A stretch of DNA of 64,000 nt from an uncultured delta proteobacterium (GCA_963808235.1 CAWEEQ010000004.1:3168001-3232000), one strand, 5' to 3'; shown: positions 17,377 to 29,061, counted from the stretch's first letter. Program-made: numbers and translations. The notes: generated by a model not told the origin, from the letters alone.

Positions 17377-17574
17377 ATGCCGAAAATCAGGACCAGCCGC
17401 ACCGCCGCCAAACGCTTCTCCGTCACCAAGACCGGCAAGGTCAAGTTCAAGCATGCGTATGCCCGGCACATGTTCTCGGCCAAGAGCCCTAAACAGAAAG
17501 CACAGTTGCGCAACACCGGGATTCTGGGCAAAGCTGACGCGGCCAAAGTTCGCGCGATGATGCCGTACGCTTGA
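17377..17574 (+). CDS. rpmI: 50S ribosomal protein L35
   Basis: MPKIRTSRTAAKRFSVTKTGKVK; synteny. Confidence 0.97.
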   Translation: MPKIRTSRTAAKRFSVTKTGKVKFKHAYARHMFSAKSPKQKAQLRNTGILGKADAAKVRAMMPYA

Positions 17575-17643
17575 ACGCGGCCGACTAACTAAACCGAATA
17601 TCCAGCTAACCGAATATCTACCAAGGAAGGATTTACTACTCCG

Positions 17644-18009
17644 ATGCCCCGCGCCAAAGGCGGACCCAAGACGCGCCGCCGTCATAAGCGTCAACTCAAG
17701 CTCGCCTCCGGCTTCGTCGGAGGGCGCAAACTTTATCGTCAGGCTCGGTCGACGCTCGAAAAGGGCCTCACCTATGCCTACAGAGATCGCAAGCAGAAGA
17801 AGCGCGACTTCCGCACGTTGTGGATTGCGCGTATCAATGCGCTCGCGCGCGAAAGCGGCATTTCGTACAGCAGCCTGATGAACGGGCTGAAGAAGGCCGG
17901 CGTCGAGGTCGATCGCAAGATGTTGGCGAAGCTCGCGCAGGAGCGCGACGGATTGTTTACCGAGCTGGTGCGCACCGCGAAGAGCGCGCTCGGCTTAAAA
18001 GCAGCATAG
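17644..18009 (+). CDS. rplT: 50S ribosomal protein L20
   Basis: YAYRDRKQKKRDFRTLWIARINA. Confidence 0.98.
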   Translation: MPRAKGGPKTRRRHKRQLKLASGFVGGRKLYRQARSTLEKGLTYAYRDRKQKKRDFRTLWIARINALARESGISYSSLMNGLKKAGVEVDRKMLAKLAQERDGLFTELVRTAKSALGLKAA

Positions 18010-18037
18010 CCACAGCGCTCCAACGCCGCGCACCAGG

Positions 18038-18069
18038 AACCATGTGGGTAATCTCCCACATGGTTTTTT
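18038..18069 (+). terminator. Intrinsic terminator between rplT and pheS
   Basis: AACCATGTGGG-taatct-CCCACATGGTT stem running into a T tract. Confidence 0.75.
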
Positions 18070-18114
18070 GTTTTCGGCACGAGCAATCTAGCTGGCGATC
18101 AGGGAACCTTAGCG

Positions 18115-19161
18115 ATGAAAGAACAACTCGAAGAAATCAGGCGGCGCGCGATGGCGGAGCTGACCGACGAGGCCGACGAAGCGCAAATCGACGCGGTTCG
18201 GGTGCGCGTGCTCGGGCGATCGGGCGAGCTTACGGAAATCATGCGCGGGATGCGCGAGGTGCCGAACGCCGAGCGTCCGGCGATCGGCCAGCTGATCAAC
18301 CAGATCAAACGCGAAGTTGAAGCGCGCATCGAAAGTCTCAGCGAGAAACTCAAAACCGCAACGCTGGCGAAATCGCTCAATGAGAAACGGCTCGACGTGA
18401 CGCTGCCCGGCATGCGCATCGCGCGAGGCCGGATTCATCCGATCACCGATATCATGGAGAAGATGCTCCAGATCTTCGAGTCGATGGGCTTCGAGGTCGC
18501 GATGACCCAGGACATCGAAGACGACTTTCATAATTTCGAAGCGCTCAACTTTCTGCCGCATCATCCGGCGCGCGACATGCAAGACACATTTTACGTCGAG
18601 GGCGGCAGCCTTTTGCGCACGCATACGTCGAACGGGCAAATCCGGGTGATGGAGAAGCGCCGGCCGCCGCTGGCCGTCGTGTGTCCCGGAAAATGCTACC
18701 GGCGTGATGATCTCGGCGTGCGCGCCTCTCCGATGTTCACCCAGATCGAAGGATTCATGATCGACAAGCGCGGGCGAATCACGATGGCTCATCTCAAAGG
18801 TGTGCTCACCGAATTCGCGAAAGCGTTTTTCGGATCGACGGCGGTCAGATTTCGCGCCAGCTACTTTCCGTTCACCGAGCCGAGCGCCGAACTCGACATC
18901 CGATGCCTCCTTTGCGACGGTGCGGGATGCCCGGTGTGCAAGCATTCCGGATGGACCGAGGTGCTGGGCTGCGGAATGATCCATCCGAACGTGATGCGCG
19001 CGGTCGAGTACAATCCCGAGGAGTACCAGGGATTCGCATTCGGTATCGGCGTCGAACGCACCGGCCTGATGAAGCTCGGCGTTGACGACATGCGCTTGTT
19101 TTTCGAAAACGACTTGCGCTTCCTGTCGCAGTTTCCGGCGTTGAGCGGGGGTGTGCGATGA
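18115..19161 (+). CDS. pheS: Phenylalanine--tRNA ligase alpha subunit
   Basis: HPARDMQDTF, LLRTHTS, FPFTEPS, GFAFGIGVER. Confidence 0.98.
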   Translation: MKEQLEEIRRRAMAELTDEADEAQIDAVRVRVLGRSGELTEIMRGMREVPNAERPAIGQLINQIKREVEARIESLSEKLKTATLAKSLNEKRLDVTLPGMRIARGRIHPITDIMEKMLQIFESMGFEVAMTQDIEDDFHNFEALNFLPHHPARDMQDTFYVEGGSLLRTHTSNGQIRVMEKRRPPLAVVCPGKCYRRDDLGVRASPMFTQIEGFMIDKRGRITMAHLKGVLTEFAKAFFGSTAVRFRASYFPFTEPSAELDIRCLLCDGAGCPVCKHSGWTEVLGCGMIHPNVMRAVEYNPEEYQGFAFGIGVERTGLMKLGVDDMRLFFENDLRFLSQFPALSGGVR

Positions 19162-21569
19162 AGCTGCCGCTCAGTTGGCTCAAGGCTTTCGTCAGCATCG
19201 ACGCGTCCGTCGAGGAAATTTCGCGGCGCCTCAGCTACGCGGGGCTGGTGGTCGAAAACGTGGAGAAACTGAGCGCGGGTTTCGCCGGCGTGTTCGCAGC
19301 CAAGGTAATCGGAATCGAAAAGCATCCGAACGCGGACCGGCTCAGGCTTTGCGACGTCGACGCGGGCGTCAAGGGCAAGTTCAAAGTCGTGTGCGGAGCG
19401 CCCAACGTAACTGTCGGCATGATCGCGCCGCTCGCGCTGGTGGGTGCGCAACTCGGCAAGGAGCCGCCGCTCGAGGCGGCGGTCATCCGCGGAATCACGT
19501 CCGAGGGGATGCTCTGCTCCGAGCGAGAGCTCGGCCTTTCGCAGGATCACGCGGGCATCCTGGCTCTGGGAGCGGACGCGCCGCTCGGCGAAGAAGTCGC
19601 GGAATATCTGCATCTCGGCGACACGGTGCTCGATATCGAGATCACTCCGAACCGCGGCGATTGCCTGTCGATCCTGGGCCTCTCGCGCGAAGTCGCCGCG
19701 TTGTTCGGCGCAAAACTTCAAGGCCCGAAGCTTCGCCAGACTCGTTCGCCCCGCTCGCAAGACGAACTCGCGTTCTCGGTTTCGATGGACGCACCCGAAC
19801 TATGTCCGCGTTACGCCGCACTCGCGATGACGGGGATCAAGCTCGGCCCGTCTCCGGCATGGCTCAGGCGGCGGCTCGAACTATGCGGGATGCGCGCGCT
19901 GAACAACGTCGTCGATGCGACCAACTACGTGATGCTCGAACTTGGGCAGCCGCTGCACGCATTCGACTTCGCAAAGATCGCGGGCGGAAAAATTGTAGTT
20001 CGCCGCGCCGGCGACACGCGCGAATTCGTCACGCTGGACAACGTCGCGCGGACTCTGGAATCGACCGATCTTATGATCGCGGATGGCGAGAAGCCGCTCG
20101 CGCTCGCCGGCGTGATGGGCGGTCTCAATTCCGAAGTCAGCGACTCGACCGAAACTATTTTGCTCGAGAGCGCGTACTTCGAGCCGATGACCGTTGCGCG
20201 TACCGCGCGACGCCTCGGACTGCGCAGCGAGGCAAGCTATCGCTTCGAGCGGGGAATCGACCGCCAGGGGCAGGTCGGCGCGCTGATTCGCGCCGCCGAA
20301 TTGATCCGAAAAATCGCGGCGGGCAAGGAAGCGTCGACGATATCCGACTTCGAGCCGCGCCGGTCTGAGCCGCACGAGATACAACTCGATCTCGCCGCGA
20401 TGGAAGCGCTGCTCGGCGCGCAAATTCCAGCCGCGGTTACGAAGAGCCGTCTCAAATCTCTCGGCGCGCAAGTCAGCTCCCGCGGCAAGGGCGTGCTCGC
20501 GGTTACCCCGCCCTCGTTCCGGTCCGACCTTATCGAGCAGGCCGACCTGGTCGAGGAAGTCGCGCGCCTGGGCGGGCTCGAGGAAATCCCGGCGGCGATT
20601 CCGCCGCGCCTTGCCGCTCTGGCGCCGGTGAATCCCGAGCGCGAATTCCTGAAAGGCACGCGTGAAGTGATGCTTGGGTGCGGGCTGACCGAGGCCGCGA
20701 CGATTGCCTTCATCGCGCCGGCCGACAACGCGCGTTTTCCCGGCATCAAGGGTAGCGTCCCGGTCAAAGTGACAAATCCGCTTTCGGCGGAACTGAGCGA
20801 GTTGCGCGCGAGCCTTCTTTCCGGATTGGTCACCGCGCTGCGCTTCAATCTGAATCGCGAGGCGAGCAGTTTTCATGCGTTCGAAATCGGCAAGACGTTC
20901 GGCATGAACGGGGACCTCGCGACCGAGCAAAGTCATCTCGCCGCGTTGAGTTATGGAACTTACGCGCTGTCCGCGATTGGCGAGCAGGGGGTCAAGGCGG
21001 GATTTTTTTCCATGAAGGGGATTCTGGAAACCTATCTCGACGCGATCGGAATCGCGGCACGGGTCGCCTTCCGACCGATCGAGCCCGGCGAAGCGCCGTT
21101 TTTGCATCCGGGCCGCGGTGCCGTGATCACTCTCGACGATATGCCCGTAGGGTTAATTGGCGAATTGCATCCGGCTGAAGCGATGCGACTCGATCTGAGT
21201 GATTCCTGCGCGGTATGTGAACTTGACTTAGCCAATTTCATTTCTTATGGTTTCTCGCCGCGCAAATCAGTTGAGGCGCCGCCGAGGTTTCCCGCAATCA
21301 GGCGCGATTTGGCGTTGGTGCTGGATCGGAATTTCCCGGCGGATATGGTACTCAAAACTGTTCGGGAGTGCGGCGCGTCGCTGCTGGAAAGCGTCGAGGT
21401 GTTCGACGTTTACGAGGGGACTGCAGTGGCGGCCGGAAAGAAGAGCGTGGCGCTGGCATGTCGTTACCGGGCAAAGGATCGCACGCTGACGGATGAGGAG
21501 GTTAACCGCATTCACGCCGTGTTGGTGGAGCAGGCGCGGATGCGATTAGGAGCGGAGTTGCGGCAGTAG
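19158..21569 (+). CDS. pheT: Phenylalanine--tRNA ligase beta subunit
   Basis: KHPNADRL, VCGAPN, TPNRGDCLS, GQPLHAFD, RFERG, RTLTDEEV. Confidence 0.98.
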   Translation: MKLPLSWLKAFVSIDASVEEISRRLSYAGLVVENVEKLSAGFAGVFAAKVIGIEKHPNADRLRLCDVDAGVKGKFKVVCGAPNVTVGMIAPLALVGAQLGKEPPLEAAVIRGITSEGMLCSERELGLSQDHAGILALGADAPLGEEVAEYLHLGDTVLDIEITPNRGDCLSILGLSREVAALFGAKLQGPKLRQTRSPRSQDELAFSVSMDAPELCPRYAALAMTGIKLGPSPAWLRRRLELCGMRALNNVVDATNYVMLELGQPLHAFDFAKIAGGKIVVRRAGDTREFVTLDNVARTLESTDLMIADGEKPLALAGVMGGLNSEVSDSTETILLESAYFEPMTVARTARRLGLRSEASYRFERGIDRQGQVGALIRAAELIRKIAAGKEASTISDFEPRRSEPHEIQLDLAAMEALLGAQIPAAVTKSRLKSLGAQVSSRGKGVLAVTPPSFRSDLIEQADLVEEVARLGGLEEIPAAIPPRLAALAPVNPEREFLKGTREVMLGCGLTEAATIAFIAPADNARFPGIKGSVPVKVTNPLSAELSELRASLLSGLVTALRFNLNREASSFHAFEIGKTFGMNGDLATEQSHLAALSYGTYALSAIGEQGVKAGFFSMKGILETYLDAIGIAARVAFRPIEPGEAPFLHPGRGAVITLDDMPVGLIGELHPAEAMRLDLSDSCAVCELDLANFISYGFSPRKSVEAPPRFPAIRRDLALVLDRNFPADMVLKTVRECGASLLESVEVFDVYEGTAVAAGKKSVALACRYRAKDRTLTDEEVNRIHAVLVEQARMRLGAELRQ

Positions 21570-21612
21570 CGTGCCTTAACGCGAGCGGGTGGGGATCGTT
21601 ACGCCGCAGGGC

Positions 21613-21906
21613 ATGACTAAAGCTGATCTCGTGGACTTGATCTACGAGCGGGTGGGCTCCTCGAAAAAGGAAGCCTGTGAAGTGGTCGAAGCGGTGTTCG
21701 CGATCATCAGAGATTCATTGCGCCAGGGCCAGAAAGTAAAAATTTCGGGCTTCGGCACCTTCATCGTCAACAACAAACATGCGCGCCGCGGACGAAACCC
21801 GCAGACCGGAGAGCCGATTACGATCTGTTCGCGCCGCGTGCTCTCGTTCAAGCCGAGCCAGGTGCTGAAGGAGCGGGTCAACAACGGCTCGCGGCCGGAA
21901 GCTTAG
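21613..21906 (+). CDS. ihfA: Integration host factor alpha subunit
   Basis: MTKADL...VKISGFGTF...RRGRNPQTG; follows pheT. Confidence 0.9.
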   Translation: MTKADLVDLIYERVGSSKKEACEVVEAVFAIIRDSLRQGQKVKISGFGTFIVNNKHARRGRNPQTGEPITICSRRVLSFKPSQVLKERVNNGSRPEA

Positions 21907-21911
21907 CGAGC

Positions 21912-22382
21912 ATGCCACGCCTGCCATCAGTTCGGCGGCGAAAACCCGCATCGCAAATGCGAGCCGCGATGCCGTCGATTCCGGAGCGGGGTCTCAAAAT
22001 CGGCGAGGCGGCGCGAGCGCTCGGCGTCGAGACCTACGTGCTGCGCTTCTGGGAGACGCAGTTCCCATTCCTGAAACCCAAGCACACGCGCACCAAGCAT
22101 CGCTTCTACCAGCAACGGGACGTCGAAGTCCTGCGGCTAATCAAGCGCCTGCTTCATGATGAGGGCTTCACGATCGTCGGCGCGAACAAGCACATCAAGG
22201 AATTTGGAATCGACGCCTTGATGGCGGGCAAGACCACGGCGAAGGCGGCGGCATCATCGTCGGCGCCGGTGCCGGAGCGCGCGGCTCGCGCGGAGCAATC
22301 GCCAGGCGACGGGAATGCGCGCCGAGTCCTCAATGAGGTCCGGCGCGACCTCGAGACGATTCACAAAATTTTAGAAGACTGA
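21912..22382 (+). CDS. MerR-family transcriptional regulator
   Basis: KIGEAARALGVETYVLRFWETQFP; common position after ihfA. Confidence 0.88.
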   Translation: MPRLPSVRRRKPASQMRAAMPSIPERGLKIGEAARALGVETYVLRFWETQFPFLKPKHTRTKHRFYQQRDVEVLRLIKRLLHDEGFTIVGANKHIKEFGIDALMAGKTTAKAAASSSAPVPERAARAEQSPGDGNARRVLNEVRRDLETIHKILED

Positions 22383-22456
22383 GCGCGGAAAGGATCTCGG
22401 AATAAGGAATTCGGACCCTCACCCGCACCGAGAAAACTCGGCGCGGGCCTTGGCGA

Positions 22457-24961
22457 TTAGTCGACGGCGCGTTCCTGGGCTGCCAACTGAGCTTCTGCGG
22501 GCTTGCGCGCGGTGGCCGTGACTTCCGCGCGCGGCTGGCGGAGTAGCTTGCCGAGCGGCGCGAGATTCAGTTCGGTTGCGCACTCTTCGACTGCGCGATA
22601 GGCAATTTGTCCCGACCGCACCATCTCCGCGACCAGGCTTATCGCGCCGGCTAGCGTGAGCGCTCCGAGCGCAAGCGCTAGTTCAGGAAATCCGGCCGCT
22701 GCCATGGCCAATGCGCCGACCGTGCTCGCGGCCAGAGACATTTTCGCGATTCGCGTGAGTTTCACGCGGGCCAGCACGTGGTTCTTGAGCTTGTTTGCCT
22801 CGTGCTCTTCGTCGGCGGTCTTGAACTCGATTCGGGTCCACGGATTGGGCCGCACTTCGAGGTCGTAGTCGTTCCATCCAGCGTCGACGACGGCGCCATG
22901 TCCGTTGCGCGCGAACAATTTCATCATTCGATCGAGCAGACGATCGCGGGTGACGCCCTCCTCGTTCCAGTAGCCAAGGCGCACCGCGCGTCCCATCCAA
23001 TCAATCGACGGCCGCTGGCGAACGCTCTCCGCCGCGCCCTGTCCGGTCTGGGCTTTCGCCCGGGTCTTGTACCGCATCATCGTTCGCACCATCGGGCCCG
23101 TGTACGCGAGATACGCTATCAGCATCCGCGCCATGAAGCTGTCGTGAGATTTCTCAAGCGGGGCGTGCCACGCATAATAGAGCGCCCAGATAGGGCCGAG
23201 CGAGAGCATCGCGGCCGCCGGAATCAGCGACAGTCCGAGCACGAAGGAAAGCACCAGCGCGACTGCGGAGAGCACGGTCCACTCCAGCGTCTGCGGCAAT
23301 ACGCCGGCGAGAGTCAGGCCCGGATCGAACAGCGTCTGTGCGCCCGCGGTTGCGGTCTTCCAGAGGACTCGTTTGCGATTCCCACCCGGGATAGTCCGCG
23401 CGATTCCGGGAATCGTACCGCGCCAAGCGATCTGCCCCATTATGTTGAAGCGCTCCGAATAACGCGGATAGAGCATCGCTTCCGCGCGCCCGTAGCCGCG
23501 CTGCTGTCCGTAGTAGGCCTTGATAGTGTTGCGCCGGAAGTGCCACACGAACGCGGCTGGCGAGAAGCCGAGCTTGAGGCCCGCGTCGAGCATCCGCCAG
23601 CATACGTCGACATCGTCGCCGGCCGCGGTGAACTGCGGATCGAATCCGCCGACTTTGGTGAGCGCCGCGCGGGTGAAGACCATGTTGCATCCGGCCAGAT
23701 GTTCGGCCCGATCCTCGGCGACCAGCACGTGGCATGGGGCGCCTGGGGACGCGGCGCAGCAGGCCTCGATCCAGCCGTCTTCATGCGGCGCGTAATTGGG
23801 TCCGCCGCATCCGTCGAAATTATTTTCGGTCATCGATCGGACCATCAGCGTGAGCCAATGCTGATCGACGACGCAGTCGGAATCGGTATAGGCGATAATC
23901 TCGCCGCGCGCCGCTTGCATCCCGACGTTGCGCGCGAAGCTGAGGCCCTTGTTGGGCTGGCGAATCAAGCGGAACTCGGGAAAGTCCATCGAGATTTCGG
24001 CGGTGCTGTCGCGCGAGCCGTCGTCGACGATGACCACCTCGAAGTTCGGATAGTCGAGGTTTTTGAGCGATTCGAGGCACGGACGCATCGTGCGCTCGGC
24101 GTTGTAGGCGCAAATGACGACCGAGACCATCGGCATCTTTTCCGGACGCGGAGGACAGGTGCCGTTGAGCGTCACGAACGGCATCAATTCGGACGCACGC
24201 AGCATGCGCACGCCGAGCCAGTCGTGGGAGACCGGGGCAGGAACGGCAGGGGCAACGACGCCTGCCGCACCCGTACCGAACGCGACTGCTACCGCTTCGT
24301 CCTGCTGAAGCGACGCGTCGCGGAACTCGATCAGAACTGGACGGGCCTCAGCGAGATTGTGCAGGGCGATCACAAAATCGCGAATCTCGATCGGCTCGAG
24401 CGGGGGGATTTCTCCGTAAAGAAAATCTTCCTCGAGCAGCGAGAGCGCGCGGGTTTCCGGACGCACCTTGATTCCGACGATCGCACCCGGCGCGCGTTCC
24501 TTGATCGTCTTGATGAGAGAGCGGAAGCGCCGTCGCGCGTTTTCGAGTCCGCCGACGCGAAGGGCGTCCTGGCTGATTTCGCAATCGATAACGTAGCCGA
24601 CCAGCGCAGGATGCCTGCTGAAGATGTGCGCAGTATGCGCGATTCGCGAGAGCGCCGATTTCCATTCGCGCCGGCCCATCAACTCTTCCGGCGTAATTCC
24701 CAGTTCGACCAATGCGACCAGTCCCGACTGCGCCGCGAGGTCGAGACACGGCTGCGCCTGCGCCTCGCTGAGCAGAAGGCCGGTGGTGTGAGCAATTTTG
24801 AGATTGTCAAGTCGTTTGCGGAGTTTGAGCTTCTGGCCGAAGTCGAGAGTCGCGCTGACGTCCGGCAATCGCATCGCCTTGAAAAAGAACTTCTGTCCTG
24901 CGCGAGAAAGGAATTTGCCGTGAGTGATTACATTGTGACTGGAGTCGGAGTTGGTATGCAT
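22457..24961 (-). CDS. GT2 glycosyltransferase with degenerate N-terminal GH (clan GH-A-like) domain and C-terminal TM segments
   Basis: VSVVICAYN, VVIVDDGS, YTDSD, AGDDVDVCWR, QQRGYG; N-terminus GKFLSRAGQKFFFK...HPALVGY...RPVLIEF. Confidence 0.85.
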   Translation of the reverse strand: MHTNSDSSHNVITHGKFLSRAGQKFFFKAMRLPDVSATLDFGQKLKLRKRLDNLKIAHTTGLLLSEAQAQPCLDLAAQSGLVALVELGITPEELMGRREWKSALSRIAHTAHIFSRHPALVGYVIDCEISQDALRVGGLENARRRFRSLIKTIKERAPGAIVGIKVRPETRALSLLEEDFLYGEIPPLEPIEIRDFVIALHNLAEARPVLIEFRDASLQQDEAVAVAFGTGAAGVVAPAVPAPVSHDWLGVRMLRASELMPFVTLNGTCPPRPEKMPMVSVVICAYNAERTMRPCLESLKNLDYPNFEVVIVDDGSRDSTAEISMDFPEFRLIRQPNKGLSFARNVGMQAARGEIIAYTDSDCVVDQHWLTLMVRSMTENNFDGCGGPNYAPHEDGWIEACCAASPGAPCHVLVAEDRAEHLAGCNMVFTRAALTKVGGFDPQFTAAGDDVDVCWRMLDAGLKLGFSPAAFVWHFRRNTIKAYYGQQRGYGRAEAMLYPRYSERFNIMGQIAWRGTIPGIARTIPGGNRKRVLWKTATAGAQTLFDPGLTLAGVLPQTLEWTVLSAVALVLSFVLGLSLIPAAAMLSLGPIWALYYAWHAPLEKSHDSFMARMLIAYLAYTGPMVRTMMRYKTRAKAQTGQGAAESVRQRPSIDWMGRAVRLGYWNEEGVTRDRLLDRMMKLFARNGHGAVVDAGWNDYDLEVRPNPWTRIEFKTADEEHEANKLKNHVLARVKLTRIAKMSLAASTVGALAMAAAGFPELALALGALTLAGAISLVAEMVRSGQIAYRAVEECATELNLAPLGKLLRQPRAEVTATARKPAEAQLAAQERAVD

Positions 24962-24993
24962 GGAGGTGGATGTCCTTTCGCCAAGGACCTAAT

Positions 24994-25009
24994 TGCCAGA
25001 GCCATGCCA
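24994..25009 (-). promoter_or_regulatory. Putative sigma54 (-24/-12) promoter for the GT2 gene
   Basis: Minus strand TGGCAT-GGCTC-TGGCA keeps the GG-N10-GC spacing; 32 nt upstream of the ATG; AAAGGA RBS. Confidence 0.55.
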
Positions 25010-25303
25010 CGGGGAAACTTCAACAACAGCGCGCCTTTCCGCGCGGCGCCTCGGATCGTTCAAACCAATTGGTGCGAGCGCTGTACGATTTGCGGGTGGC
25101 GACGATCGGGCTTATAAAGTTCGCAGGGTGCAAAATTGGGCAGATGCGGCTAATACGGGCACGCTGGATTGGTTATTTTGCGAATGTTATAGGTCATCTA
25201 GAGCGAGGAGAAATGATCGGCTGGCACTGCATGATCAGCAACTATTGCGGACCAGCGATTAACATAACCAAGACTCAATTCTTCCACCCGGTTTAAATCG
25301 CCT

Positions 25304-27025
25304 ATGAAACTGATGCGCGCCTGTGGATGCAGCAAACCATCAAAGACCGTCGAACGCCGAAAACCGAACGATCCGCCAATTGAGGCCACCCCCGAGGACC
25401 TTCAAACAATCAGGGACCAGCTTGCCGAGATCGAGCTATCGCTCTCGCGCCTGTGGGGTCCGACAATTTGGAGCCGAACGCCAGAGTGCATCCAAATTCG
25501 CGACGAGGCGGCCGACCTGATTGACCGGCACTTCGACGGAATCGTCGACCAGTGGGGCGAAGCGATCGCAGGCATCATCCACGGCAATTCGAAGATCGCC
25601 CGCAAGGATACTGACGAGAAGGGCCGTCAAGACAATATGGTCAATTCTCTTATCCGCTTCGTCGATCATCTTCGCGATCCGGATGACATCAGCACCTACG
25701 TCTATCTGCGCAGGCATTGCCAGGAAGGAATGCTCTCGCGACTCAAGCCGTCGCAGTTCAACGTCATTCATATCGCGCTCAAGCAAATAATTTTAGATCA
25801 CGTCAAATCCACGATGACCGGTCCTGCGATGGAACGAGTGCGCGACCTGATGGTCGCGGCGATCGACGAGCGGCGCCTGATGGTTTCGCAGTTCTACATC
25901 GAATCGCGGGAACGGCTGCTGCGAGAGTCGGAGGAAAAGTATCGCAACACGATCGACCACGCGCCCGACCCGATGTACGAGATCGAGCCGCATACATGGA
26001 TTGTGACCGGCCTGAATGCGGCCGCCCAGCGGCTCCATCAAATGGAAGCCGAAAAGGGACACGCGGAGCACCAGATTATTGGAAATCCCCTGACGGAGTT
26101 GGTCCCAGAGGAGCAAAGACCCGGCGTCATCCTCGGCTTGGAGACAGTCTTGCGCCAGGGATCGGCGCAGACTTCGGAATTTCCGATCGGGCCATGGTTC
26201 TTTGACGTAAACTCCGCGATGATCACCTACGGTAAGAAGCAATTCATCCAGATGATCCTTCGCGACGTTACCCAGCGCCGCGAGATGCTCGATTCGCTGA
26301 TCAAGGCGGAACGACTCGCGGCAGCGGGCACGTTTGCGGCGGGCGTCGCGCATGAGGTGAACAATCCACTCGCGTCAATCTCCTCGCTGGTGCAGTCGAT
26401 CCTGGGCGGCGAAGGCGACCTGCAGCGCCGCACGACTCTGCACACGATTCTTTCCCAAATCACGCGAATCTCGAGCACGCTCAAGGACCTGGTTAACTTC
26501 GCGCGGCCAACCACGGCGCAGCGCAAGCCGGTCGATGTGAACGGGCTTATCGCCGAGACGCTCCGCCTGATCAGCTACAACAAGCGTTTCAGCGGCATCC
26601 AGATTGAACCGATCCTCGCGCCCGACTTGCAGCGCGCATTCGCCGACGACAACGAGATCCAGCAAGTGCTCCTCAATCTGCTCTTCAACGCCGCCGACGC
26701 GTCGCCGGCCGCGGGCAGCGTGATCAAAGTGATCACCGAAAATCAGCGCGCGGCCCAGGGTTCCGACCAGTCGCGCCGCATCACTATCAAGGTCGTGGAT
26801 AATGGGATTGGAATTCCGCGCGAGCATCTCGAACGCGTGTTCGATCCATTTTTCACCACCAAACCCGCGGGCGCCGGGGTCGGACTCGGATTGTCGCTAT
26901 GCCAGCGCATGATCCTGTCCAATCACGGCACCATTCGCGTCGACAGCGAAGTCGGCCGCGGCACCGCCGTCACGATCAGCTTGCAGGCGGATAAAGAAGA
27001 GGCGCGCGCGCAAAGCGCTGCCTAG
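25304..27025 (+). CDS. Soluble sensor histidine kinase: helical globin/RsbRD-like domain + PAS + HisKA/HATPase
   Basis: AHEVNNPL, QVLLNLLFNAADA, DNGIG, FDPFFTTK, GVGLGL; no TM helices seen. Confidence 0.9.
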   Translation: MKLMRACGCSKPSKTVERRKPNDPPIEATPEDLQTIRDQLAEIELSLSRLWGPTIWSRTPECIQIRDEAADLIDRHFDGIVDQWGEAIAGIIHGNSKIARKDTDEKGRQDNMVNSLIRFVDHLRDPDDISTYVYLRRHCQEGMLSRLKPSQFNVIHIALKQIILDHVKSTMTGPAMERVRDLMVAAIDERRLMVSQFYIESRERLLRESEEKYRNTIDHAPDPMYEIEPHTWIVTGLNAAAQRLHQMEAEKGHAEHQIIGNPLTELVPEEQRPGVILGLETVLRQGSAQTSEFPIGPWFFDVNSAMITYGKKQFIQMILRDVTQRREMLDSLIKAERLAAAGTFAAGVAHEVNNPLASISSLVQSILGGEGDLQRRTTLHTILSQITRISSTLKDLVNFARPTTAQRKPVDVNGLIAETLRLISYNKRFSGIQIEPILAPDLQRAFADDNEIQQVLLNLLFNAADASPAAGSVIKVITENQRAAQGSDQSRRITIKVVDNGIGIPREHLERVFDPFFTTKPAGAGVGLGLSLCQRMILSNHGTIRVDSEVGRGTAVTISLQADKEEARAQSAA

Positions 27026-27028
27026 CCG

Positions 27029-28456
<1,428 letters not shown>

Positions 28457-28541
28457 GCGGGCGGGAATAATAGTGGCAATCGGTTAGTCGAGGATATAGA
28501 CTTTCCAGAGGGCAGACCGAGCGGTCGGCCCGGAGACAATT

Positions 28542-28790
28542 ATGGATCTCTTTGCGCCAAGCCATCTGCTGATCATTCTGTTGATCATTCTCGTCATTTT
28601 CGGCCCGAGCAAGCTCGGCGACGTCGGCGGCGCCATGGGCAAGGCAATTCGCGACTTCAAACGCGCGATGAACGAACCCGACGATGCGGCGAAAACTGTC
28701 GCGAAGACCGACGATGTCAGAGCCTCCGAAGCAAGAACGACCGGCGAAATAAAAACCCCCGAAGTAGTAAAGCCCGACAAAGTTTCGTAG
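28542..28790 (+). CDS. tatA: Twin-arginine translocase TatA/E subunit
   Basis: HLLIILLIILVIFGPSKLGDVGGAMGKAIRDFK. Confidence 0.92.
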   Translation: MDLFAPSHLLIILLIILVIFGPSKLGDVGGAMGKAIRDFKRAMNEPDDAAKTVAKTDDVRASEARTTGEIKTPEVVKPDKVS

Positions 28791-29035
28791 ATACGCTTCC
28801 CGCTTTTCGATCGTTCCCTCCCATCGCCGACATTTCGCCTAGTGTCGAATTCTGGTTGTGGTAAAATCGCGTTGAGGCGATCCAGTACGCACCCGGATCG
28901 CCGTCGCGACGCTCGGCGCCTCATCTTTCTTTCGCCGTGCGCGCGGTCTTTTCATGGGAGGGCCTCTCGTTTTGCCTCAGAATCCCGATAGATACGTCCG
29001 CTTGTTTCTCTTGAGTGGAGGCTGATTTGCCGAAC

Positions 29036-29061
29036 TGAAACCTGTCTCGCTCCCAGGCATC
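29036..29061 (+). promoter_or_regulatory. Putative ECF sigma promoter (TGAAAC-N16-CATC)
   Basis: Same -35 and spacing as the site at 2538-2563; one mismatch in the -10. Confidence 0.4.

Noticed and set aside
18010-18114. pheM-type leader peptide or T-box before pheS
   Set aside because: A terminator hairpin is present, but no short Phe-rich ORF precedes it and no T-box motif is visible.
22778-25117. 779-aa plus-strand ORF and other long antisense or alternate-frame ORFs (e.g. 4826..6151, 41732..43462, 54844..56130)
   Set aside because: They shadow well-supported genes, lack recognisable motifs, and are expected in high-GC DNA.
25222-25237. TGGCAC as a sigma54 promoter for the kinase gene
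   Set aside because: No GC at the -12 position with the required spacing.
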